From assembly GCF_963921235.1 (NCBI RefSeq), contig NC_086097.1:178190001-178254000 (forward strand): 64,000 bases of DNA, given 5' to 3'. Within the stretch, counting starts at the first letter, position 1. Each line of letters opens with the position of its first letter. This DNA is from Mobula hypostoma (lineage: Eukaryota). A model generated the notes under the pieces. That model had not been told where the DNA came from, did no database searches, and saw only the letters and a list, made by a program, of their open reading frames with translations. The position numbers and the translations under genes are program-made. Shown piece after piece: positions 13,370 to 22,838 of this stretch.

Positions 13370-13810
13370 ATTCCAATCACAATCTCTGGTGGTGATGAGG
13401 AAGCCTACAGGAGTGAGTTAGATCAGCTGGTTGGGTGGTATAACAACCTTGCACTCAACATCAGCAAGACCAAGGAATTGATTATGGACTTCAGAAAGGG
13501 CAAGTTGGAAGAACACACAATTGTCCTCATTGAGGGACCAGCACTAGAAAGGTGAACAGCTTTATGTTCCAGGATGTCAACATCTCAGTAGATCTGTCCT
13601 GGACACAACACACGGATGCAAGAAGGAGGCATGCTAGTATCTCTGCTTCATGAGGAGTTTGGGTATGTCACAAAAGACTCTTGCAAATTTCTAATAGCTA
13701 TACAGTAGAAAACATTCTGACTGGTTGCATCACAGCTGAGTATGGAGGATCCAACGCACAGGTTGGGAAAAAGCTGCAGAGGTTTGTGGACTCAGCCAGC
13801 TCGACCATGG
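13370..13810 (+). mobile_element. Rex1/Babar LINE fragment, 5' part interrupted by the LTR element
   Basis: ISGGDEEAYRSELDQLVGW..NNLALNISKTKELIMDFRK; colinear continuation at 18878-19200. Confidence 0.8.
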
Positions 13811-14736
13811 TGTTACGTACCCCGTAACTGGGTTGCCAAACCAGCAGAAATGGATCACTCAGTTGAAGTCTGGATTACTGGAACTAAGAAAGCTTTATTA
13901 AAGAAATAAGCAACACAGTACTCTAATCAAAAGGATAATAAATGCAACAGTTCAGCGATGATAAACACACATGTACACAGAACTAGGATAACAGGATCAA
14001 TCAAGCTCTATCGTCGTCTAGGGGTAAATGACCAGTTTCAAAGTGACGCAAAGTTCAGTTCAATTGAGTTCAGTTCACAGTAATCACTGCCGTGGCGGTG
14101 GACGGGGGTGGGGAAGGAGAGAGAGAGAGCGAAAGTGAATGAATATTCAAACGGCTTCCACACAGACCTTCGATATTCTTCGCAGTCCGCTTTCGGGCGA
14201 GCCCTTCGTAATGTCTTCTGAGGTCACCAACTGTGACCCCTCCGTTTCAGACACGATCGTTCCTCTGCAGTGAACCTGGCACCCAGGCAAGGGTGGACTC
14301 ACACCAGGTTCCCGCCGATCGTACCTTTCCACCCTGTGCGTCTATGGCTTGGTCCCGCAACCAGCGTTCCAAAAACTCCCACCGACTTGTGGGAGGCGCA
14401 CCGCTTCCAGGGTCTCGTTACCTCATGGTGTCGCGTGTGTCCCGCCTTAGCAAACCTGTCTCTTTTTATCCCCCTGCTGGGGTATCGCCTGTCCATCACA
14501 CTTCAAACAGTTCAGGGTTCAAAAAGGAGCCGATCTTGACAGTTCTCAGACCAATGTCTCCTTCCGTTAAACTCTCCCGTCTCTTCGTTAACATTTCCAA
14601 ATGCTGCTCCATTGTCTTCCTTATCTCTCTTTCTCCTGAAGACAGGTGGCAGATCAACTGCTGGTCCCACTGGTGCCAGCACAGGACAGTTAACATCTTA
14701 GTCTATGTGTACTTTTTGTAACCCTCTTTCGTCACA
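13811..14736 (-). repeat. 3' LTR (926 bp)
   Basis: TGTTACGTACCC...TCGTCACA; preceded on the minus strand by PPT AAAGGTGAGGAG (14737-14748); minus-strand AATAAA at 13894-13899. Confidence 0.93.
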
Positions 14737-14908
14737 CTCCTCACCTTTAAGGATTTTTACCGGGGTAAAAATTACAAACATGAATACATTATTAGATACA
14801 CACAAATATACATCTTCATCAGCTATTTGGCTAATACAGAGAATTTTAAGTTGTCAACACCTGACAGACAGTCAGCAATCACATTTTCCGTTCCTTTTAT
14901 ATGTGTTA

Positions 14909-15900
14909 TTAATAATCCCCTAAACCAGGCTCCAACTTAGCAAACTTCATAGTGGCCGAAAACACTGATGAATTGCGATCAGTGTAACCTCTCATTGGGT
15001 TTCGTCCCGGACCAGGATAACAAGGGTCGTCCCATCTCAACTTAGTTTTCTCTCGCAAGGGCTTAGTAGGAGGGGGAGGGGTAGTAACCGCAGAGTTATT
15101 GCAAAACTTCCTACAGTACCCCACCATCTCCAAGAGCCTTCTGAGGGCCCTCTTGTCTGTCGGGGTTGGGATGTCAGAAATAGCCCGCACCTTAGCTTGC
15201 ATCGCTGCCAGCTGCCCGTGTTACCACAATTCCCAGATAAGTGACCTTCGTGAACTCATTTTTTTCAAGGTTCACTATCAAGCTGGCTTCAGACAGCCGT
15301 ATTACATCGCCAATATACACTTCTGTGTTCGTTAGCCCTTGCGTCACTGAATTTCTCATTCTATAGGGCTGTTGCTCACTAAGCTGACCTAGCGTGACAA
15401 ACACCACCCAATGTCCCAGTTCTTTGCATCGCCTTGGGACAATCAAACACATGTGTGCGAGCCGTTTAATTACTTCTCCTAAAGAGTCACTTTGTTCAGG
15501 GATTAAGGGAGAGACCTTATCAGCAGAGCTGGCCAAAACAACAGCCTTCTCCCATCTTGTCGATACCATACTCATCTTTTCAAAATTTTTTTTTTCTTAA
15601 CAGGGGGACCCTAGCTTCATTGATTTCCGCGCTAACACCGACTAGGTTTGTTAGCATATCAAAAGCCTGTGACCATCTCAGTTCGCGTCTGCCATAATCA
15701 ATAACATCCTTCCTCCTGTGCAGCCAGTAAACCTCTTTCATGATTCCGCCGACTGTTTCCTTCAGCACCTCAAAATGTCCACCGAGGGGTACCTTGTGGG
15801 CCAGGTTAAAAATCTCATCCCCAGAGATTCTTGGCACCATCCCCCATTCCTCATCTGCTGTACTTGGTCTCCCTTCCTTCCTTAGCACCTCCCTCTTCAC
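14909..15900 (-). pseudogene. Deleted pol remnants: integrase zinc-binding N-terminus, then RT fragments
   Basis: LAHKVPLGGHF..KET...YW...KDV (IN HHCC half); QQPYRM; VYIGDV..L.VNLEKNEF.KVTYLG; AKVRAI..PTP.DKRALRRLL.MVGYCRKFC. Confidence 0.75.
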
Positions 15901-16048
15901 ACCATAGCCTACTGGCTCTCTTCCTAACTCCGTTTCACAGCGAGCTGTTTCCTCGTCTCGCTCCTGTGCCTGTATAAAGTCCTTCTTTTCTAATGATAAA
16001 TCTACCTTAATTTCCCCACTTCCTCCTGTTTCATTACGTTCTTTCTTT

Positions 16049-17857
16049 TCACTTTCTAACCCCCTCCTCGTACAAGGTTGGCAGAAACAACTCAGCTAAC
16101 TTTATATCAGCCTCTGCAGCCTTCCTCAACATCCGCTGAGTTACTGCGCAAATGGGATAAACCTGTGAGTCCATGGGCGGGACCTCAATGCTGGCAGGCT
16201 GACTTGTCAATCTCACGGCTGGGAACACAATTCCCCCCGCGAGGTCATTACCGAGTAAGACTTCCACGCCTTTCATCGGTAATTCAGGCCTCACCCCGAT
16301 CGTGACTAGTCCAGAGACCAAGTTGCTTTGTAGGTGTATCTGGTGCAAAGGGACTGCCTCTGTCCCTTCCCCAATACCTTTGACCTCGACCTCCCCAGTC
16401 TGGGTCTCTGAACTAAACTCTAATATACTCTTCAATATCAAAGACTGACATGCTCCCGTGTCTCTCCAGATCCGCACTGGAACTGGGTTTAACCCCTCCT
16501 TCACCGACACCAATCCGGCCGAGATAAACCTCTCACGCCCTTCCTGAACATTGGCAGACCTTCCCTCTCCTAGCAGTTCGTTTACCAGCTCGATACAGCC
16601 AGTCAAGATCGCCGTTTTTCCTTTTCACGTCTCCTTCTTTGGGGCAAAGCACCTGGACGCAAAGTGTCCGACTATCCCACAATTATAACAGACGATCCCA
16701 GGAGACTTCCTACCAGACTGCTCCTGGTCCACCTTATCCTTCTCACTAGTCCCCGGCTTACCTACTGACTTTTCTGGCGGACTCTCCCCGCCGTCCTGAC
16801 TACCCTTCTGGTAGCCTTTACTTGGGGCAAACTTCATTTTATGCGTCAACGCGTACTCATCCGCTAACTTAGCAGTTGCGGCTAACGTGGCTGCCTCTTT
16901 CTCATCTAGGTAGGGTCTCATACCTTCAGGGACACAACCTTTAAACTGCTCAATCAGGATCAGCTGTAGCAGTCTGTCATAATCCCCATCTACCCCCTTC
17001 GAGGCGCACCAACACTCACAATATGTCTGCATCTCACAGGCAAAATCTAAATACGTGCGGTCCCACTGCTTCCTCGCATTCCGGAACCTCTGCCGGTATG
17101 CCTCCGGGACCAACTCATAAATCCTGAGGATGGCCTCTTTCACCACCTCATACCTCTGGGCATCTTCCGCGGACAAAGCTGAGTAAGCTTGTTGGGCTTT
17201 TCCTTTAAGTACACTCTGAAGCAAAACAGCCCACTTATCCCTCGGCCAGTCCTGACTTGTAGCAACTTGTTCGAAATGGAGAAAGTACCGACCCACATCG
17301 GTATCGTCAAATGGGGGAACCAGCCTAACCTCCTGGGTCGCCCGGAACCCTCCACCTTGGTTCGGCATGGGCCCCTGCGCTGCCATCATCTTTAACTTCT
17401 CCAGCTCAAATTCCCTTTCCCTCTGCCTCTCTTCTCGCTCCAAATGTTTATCCCTCTCTTCTCGCTCCAACTGTTTATCCCTCTCTTCTCGCTCCAACTG
17501 TTTGTCCCTCTCTCTCTTGCCGTTCTAACTGTCTCTCTCTCTCTCCTGCCTTTCTAACTGCTTCTCTTCGTGTTCTAGCTGCAGTACCCGGAATTCGTGC
17601 TCGAGTCTCAGCTTTTCAAGCCGCACCTGTACCGCGTCTCCAGCAGGTTTTTCAATAGACACCACCTCCAGCTCCCCTTGGGGAAACACACCTTTAGATA
17701 CATAGTGCTCTACGATAGCTCTGTGTATCTCCTCTCTCCTCATTGTCGACTTCCCCTTAACAATATTCAACCGTTTGGCCACAGCTGCCAATTCCGCTTT
17801 CCTGGCATCCTCTAATGCCTCCAAGGTCGGCGCCTTTAGAAATTCCTCAATCTCCAT
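16049..17857 (-). pseudogene. Gypsy gag-protease reading frame with two in-frame stops (17525-17527, 16625-16627)
   Basis: The three supplied ORFs share one frame; SCAN-like capsid (LVPEAYRQRFR...LILIEQFKGCVP), CYNCGIVGHFASRC knuckle, protease WRDTGACQSLI...LLGND. Confidence 0.85.
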
Positions 17858-17933
17858 TTCTGCTGTTTGTCTTTTCTTTCTTTCGGGAATTTTAACCCAA
17901 TCAATTTACTCCGTCCCAAATTTAGCGTTCAAA

Positions 17934-17952
17934 ATCCCGGACGAGAACCCCA
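17934..17952 (-). promoter_or_regulatory. Primer binding site complementary to tRNA-Pro 3' end
   Basis: TGGGGTTCTCGTCCGGGAT, 4 nt inside the 5' LTR, versus canonical PBS-Pro TGGGGGCTCGTCCGGGAT. Confidence 0.85.
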
Positions 17953-17956
17953 CTTA

Positions 17957-18877
17957 TGTTACGTACCCCGTAACTGGGTTGCCAAACCAGCAGAAATGGA
18001 TCACTCAGTTGGAGTCTGGATTACTGGAACTAAGAAAGTTTTATTAAAGAAATAAGCAACACAGTACTCTAATCAAAAGGATAATAAATGCAGCAGTTCA
18101 GCAATGAGAAACACACATGTACACAGAACTAGGATAACAGGATCAATCAAGCTCTATCATCGTCTAGGGGTAAATGACCAGTTTCAAAGAGACGCAAAGT
18201 TCAGTTCAATTGAGTTCAGTTCAGTTCACAGTAATCACTGCCGTGGCGGTGGACGGGGTGGGGGAAGGAGAGAGAGAGAGCGAAAGCGAATGAATATTCA
18301 AACGGCTTCCACACAGACCTTCGATATTCTTCGCAGTCAGCTTTCGGGCGAGCCCTTCGTAATCTCTTCTGAGGTCACCGACTGTGACCCCTCCATTTCA
18401 GACACGATCGTTCCTCTGCAGTGAACCTGCAGGGTGGACACACACCAGGTTCCCGCTGATCGTACCTTTCCACCCTGTGCGTCTATGGCTTGGTCCCGCA
18501 ACCAGCGCTCCAAAAGCTCCCACCGACTTGTGGGAGGCGCACCGCTTCCAGGGTCTCGTTACCTCGTGGTGTCGCGTGTGTCCCGCCTTAGCAAACCTGT
18601 CCTTTTTTATCCCCCTGCTGGGGTATCACCTGTCCATCACACTTCAAACAGTTCAGGGTTCAAAAAGGAGCCGATCTTGACAGTTCTCAGACCGATGTCT
18701 CCTTCCGTTAAACTCTCCCGTCTCTTCGTTAACATTTCCAAATGCTGCTCCATTGTCTTCCTTATCTCTCTTTCTCCTGAAGACAGGTGGCAGATTAACT
18801 GCTGATCCCACTGGTGCCAGCACAGGACAGTTAACATCTTAGTCTATGTGTACTTTTTGTAACCCTCTTTCGTCACA
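17957..18877 (-). repeat. 5' LTR (921 bp)
   Basis: Direct repeat of 13811-14736; about 25 substitutions and 2 indels counted by eye (~97% identity). Confidence 0.93.
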
Positions 18878-19200
18878 ATGGGCACAACCTTCCACGTAAT
18901 CGAGGGCTTCTTCTAGAGGTAGTGCCTCAATAAGGTGGTAATCATTGTCACAGACCTTCACCATCCAGGCTATGCACTCTTCATTTCTACCACTGGGCAA
19001 GCGGTACAGGAGCCTGGAAACCTACACTCAATGATTCAGGAACAGCTACTTCTCTGCCATCAGATTTGTGAATGATCCACGAATACTATCTCACTATTGA
19101 TCTTTTGCAACTTATGGAAATTTTTATGTCTTTCACTGTATAGTTACCACAGCAATAAATTTCCTGAAATATGTCAGTGATAATAAATCTGATTCTGAAA
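18878..19200 (+). mobile_element. Rex1/Babar LINE 3' part, resumed after the LTR element
   Basis: Homologous to 8225-8627; ends GTCAGTGATAATAAATCTGATTCTGA. Confidence 0.78.
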
Positions 19201-19542
19201 GCTCCAGTGCAACAGGAAGGGGATCTACTTATGGATCAGATACCAAAGCAGAGATCCATCTGGTCTCCAAGCCTGACGTAAACAATCCTTTGAATTTTTT
19301 TTTTAAAAGAAAATGGGAAACTTTTTCCTGGCGTCCTGGCAACCATTTACACCTCACTGAACACAACAAAAAAGATAGATCTGGTGGGCCCAGAATCACA
19401 TATGACCAAATAAAGTCAGCAAATCTCCTTAATTGAAGTAAAGGAGGCAGTATCCACAGTAAAACATAGTTCAAGTCATCTTTAGAGCTAGTGAGTACAT
19501 ATCCTTATTCTGTCAGTCCTCAAGAGGAAGGGAAACACCTAC

Positions 19543-19665
19543 CTTCCAAGCTTGGTATGTCCCTGATGGGTCAGTTTGGTACAAACGTGGAGTGCCATCA
19601 TAATCAAATCCCACAATCAAAGCAGAGATTCCAAAGGGTCTCCGACCATTGCTCTGTGTGTAACG
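19543..19665 (-). CDS. PSMA8: Proteasome alpha4 subunit, coding exon 4 (123 nt)
   Basis: AG/GT bounded; [41 protein letters not shown]. Confidence 0.93.
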
Positions 19666-19770
19666 CTAGAAAAAATAAACACACAGAACAATTCCCACTA
19701 GTTGCAAGTAACACACAATAGTTCTCACTGTGGAGTCGGCTTTGGAATAAGTGAGCAGATTCAAGCTCCT

Positions 19771-19970
19771 GGGCCACGGTAGCCTTGTGGTTAGCGCAAT
19801 GCTATTACTGCTTAGGAGAGTCCAGAGTTCAGATTTCAATTCCAGCATCATGCGTAAGGAGTCGGTATGCCCTCCCCATGGAAGGTGTGGGTATTCCCTG
19901 GGTACTCCAGTTTCTCCCACCATTCAAAGACTACGATTACGTTAATTGGTTATTGTTAATTTGTCCTGTG
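19771..19970 (+). mobile_element. tRNA-derived V-SINE-like element
   Basis: tRNA-like head (TGGTTAGCG..GTTCAGATTTCAATTCC) followed by V-domain-like GTAAGGAG..TCCCCATG..GGGTACTCCAGTTTCTCCCAC.TTCAAAGAC; related copies elsewhere in window. Confidence 0.6.
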
Positions 19971-19974
19971 CTTC

Positions 19975-20310
19975 TGTCGAAAGTTGTTTCATTATGATTG
20001 GCTAGTTTAGAAAATGTAGCTGCTTTTCCCATTGGTTAGCCACCTAGTGTCCAGTTTCAAATATCCTGGATATAAGATAGCACGTAGAAGTGGTTTGCTC
20101 TCTTCCTTTGTTTAAGGCAAGAGGTATACATAACCATTGGGAAGGTATGCTCTGTGTGTGCTTTTAACTAAATATGCTTGCTGAATATTCAACATTGTAG
20201 TTTCTGTAACTAGGGAACATGAATGTTTGATTGAATTTTACTGTTTGTAAATAAATGATTAGTATACTCATTTGCAGTCAGCGTTTTGGCTCACTCGCTA
20301 GATCTATGAC
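19975..20310 (+). mobile_element. Candidate solo LTR
   Basis: Starts TG; two ATTGG (CCAAT) boxes, TATAAGA and AATAAA in LTR-like order; no clear 3' CA end or TSD. Confidence 0.35.
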
Positions 20311-20929
20311 CCTGATTCTAGACCAATGTCTCTTTGGGGCGGTGGGGAGTGCTTTTGCTATTGCTTGCATATTGGGAGGAGGGGCAGTGCTTCTGCTTGT
20401 GCAATGGGAGGGGTTTTAGGGGTACTGATGTTTCTATCATTCACTCTGTGGGGTTTCTTGTTTCACGGATGTCTGTGAAGAGTAAGAATTTCGGGTTGTA
20501 TTCTTTTTGCACAGCTTGCCTTCTTTTGGACATTGGCATTTGTCTGTTTTGGTATTTTTTTTTCATAAATTCTATTGTTTTGTCCTGCAAGTGCTTGTTA
20601 GAAAATGATTCTCAGGATAGTATAACGTAATAAATTTAGTTTGAATCTATATCCCTCCTGATTTTATACATCTTTGTAAGATCACCTCTCAGTCTCCTAC
20701 AAACCAAGGAATAAAGTACTTGCCTATCCAACCTCTTCCCAGATAGAAATCTACCTAAACTGTGGCAACATCCATGTAAATGTTCTCTGCACTCTTTAAT
20801 AATACCTTCCTTGTAGCAGAGTAGACATAATGCAGAGCTATCAATTACTTTCCAGACCCAGTGATGTTTTTCAGAAATTTCATCACAACTTGCACTTTAT
20901 TTTGAGGCAGAAATAGAATGAACCTCTAC

Positions 20930-21054
20930 CTGCTTCAAAGTTGCAATGAATCGTGTTATGTACTCTACAGTGACTGGGTCTTCCACAGTGAGTTTGTGGC
21001 TCTGACATTCCACGCGAGCTCTGTTGATTACTATTCGAGCATCAGCTGTCAGAC
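20930..21054 (-). CDS. PSMA8: Proteasome alpha4 subunit, coding exon 3 (125 nt)
   Basis: AG/GT bounded; (G)[41 protein letters not shown], phase 1 to 0. Confidence 0.93.
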
Positions 21055-21609
21055 CTAGAAATGAAAGCAGAAGCAGTCAGGTAAACTTGTTTGCATAGTA
21101 ATCTCAGCAGTAACACAGCCAGCATAACAAAGAATCCACCCACCCCAAACATTCTCTATTCTCCCCTCTCATTGGGCAGAAGATACAAAAACCGAAAGCA
21201 CGTAACACCAGGCTCAAGCACAGCTTCGTCCCACTGCTATTAGACTCTCGAACAGATCTCTTGTACAATAAGATGGACTTGGCCTCACAATCTACCTGGT
21301 TAATATCTTGCACTTTATCATTGACCAGCACCGCACTCTTTCAATAGCTTTTAGGTTATTCGACATTGTTTTATTTTATTCTTGCTCAGTGAACTGTGTC
21401 ATTATTTGATCTGTATAAACAGCCTGCAAGGCAAAAAATTTTACTGTTTCTTGGTGCATGTGACAGTAACAAACCAATACCAATATCATGAAACAAGTAT
21501 CTGCTTTGGGCACAACTGCTAATCTGTGCAGCACTAGGCTGGTTCTGAAGAGTGATATTCCTCCAGCCAAATTCCCACCAAAAGCAAACACTACAGATGT
21601 TGGAAATAT

Positions 21610-22760
21610 GAGGCTTTTCATTCCAGGACGAGGGAGATGTCCTCCCTTTTTAAAGAAAGGGGCTTCCCTTCCTCCACCATCAACTCTACTCTCAAACATA
21701 TCTCGCCCATTTCACGCACATCTGCTCTCACTCCATCCTCCCGCCACCCCACTAGGAATAGGACTCCCCTGGTCTTCACCTACCACCTCACCAGCCTCCA
21801 GGTCCAACATATTCTCTGGAACTTCCGCCACCTCCAACGGGATCCCATCACTAAGCACATCTTTCCCTCCCCACCTCTCTGCTTTCCGCAGGGATCGCTC
21901 CCTATGCGACTCCCTTGTCCATTCGTCCCTCCCATCCCTCCCCACTGATCTCCCTCCTGGCACTTATCCTTGTAAGTGGAACAAGTGCTACACATGCCCT
22001 TACACTTCATCCCTTACCACCATTCTGGGCCCCAGACAGTCCTTCCAGGTGAGGCGACACTTCACCTGTGAGTCAGCTGGGGTGATATACTGCGTCCGGT
22101 GCTCCCGATGTGGCCTTTTATATATTGGCGAGACCCGACGCAGACTGGGAGACCGCTTTGCTGAACACCTACGCTCTGTCCGCCAGAGAAAGCAGGATCT
22201 CCCAGTGGCCACACATTTTAATTCCACATCCCATTCCCATTCTGACATGTCTATCCACGGCTTCCTCTACTGTAAAGATGAAGCCACACTCAGGTTGGAG
22301 GAACAACACCTTATATTCCGTCTGGGTAGCCTCCAACCTGATGGCATGAACACTGACTTCTCTAAATTCCGTTAATGCCCCACCTCCCCCTCGTACTCCA
22401 TCCGTATTTATTTTTATACACACATTCTTTCTCTCACTCTCCTTTTTCTCCCTCTGTCCCTCTGACTATACCCCTTGCCCATCCTCTGGGTTCCCCCGCA
22501 CTTGTCTTTCTCCCCGGGCCTCCTGTCCCGTGATCCTCTCATATCCCCTTTGCCAATCACCTGTCCAGCTCTTGGCTCCATCCCTCCCCCTCCTGTCTTC
22601 TCCTATCATTTCAGATCTCCCCCTCCCTCTCTCAAATCTCTTACTAACTCTTCCTTCAGTTAGTCCTGACGAAGGGTCTCGGCCCGAAACGTCGACTGTA
22701 CCTGTTCCTAGAGATGCTGCCTGGCCTGCTGCGTTCACCAGCAACTTTGATGTGTGTTGT
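21610..22760 (+). mobile_element. Penelope-like element (5'-truncated): linker + GIY-YIG endonuclease + terminal repeat with hammerhead ribozyme
   Basis: FTCESAGVIYCVRCSRCGLLYIGETRRRLGDRFAEH..PVATHF..LIFRLGSLQPDGMN (stop at 22375); one frameshift near 21870; TTGGAAATAT direct repeat at 21600-21609 and 22761-22770. Confidence 0.9.
22662..22697 (+). ncRNA. Minimal type I hammerhead ribozyme (Penelope-associated)
   Basis: AGUC-CUGACGA-A-GGGU(CUCG)GCCC-GAAA-CGUC/GACU: stem I AGUC:GACU, conserved core, stem II, palindromic ACGU in place of stem III; predicted cleavage after C22693. Confidence 0.85.
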
Positions 22761-22838
22761 TTGGAAATATCAATAATTGTTTTGGAAACACATAGGCCAG
22801 ACAATATCCTTGAGAAAATAAAGTTAACATTGCAGGTT

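Larger units (their letters stand above)
13811..18877 (-). mobile_element. Gypsy LTR retrotransposon, Gmr1-like, internally deleted / non-autonomous
   Basis: Two ~0.92-kb LTRs with TG..CA ends; ATGG TSD at 13807-13810 and 18878-18881; tRNA-Pro-like PBS; PPT; gag (SCAN-like + CCHC), protease, then IN zinc-finger remnant, then RT remnants. Confidence 0.92.

Noticed and set aside
14233..14721. 162-aa ORF, with near-duplicates at 18384-18837
   Set aside because: Lies inside the LTRs, has no recognisable domain, and its frame is broken by a 10-nt indel between the two LTRs.
17924..17952. tRNA-Pro-like sequence (GTTCAAAATCCCGGACGAGAACCCCA) on the plus strand
   Set aside because: Only the 3' end including CCA, adjacent to the LTR; it is the primer binding site, not a tRNA gene.
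21488..22375. 295-aa ORF as a stand-alone host nuclease gene
   Set aside because: The N-terminal part is flank and out-of-frame sequence; only the part after about 21870 is the Penelope GIY-YIG region; RT is absent.
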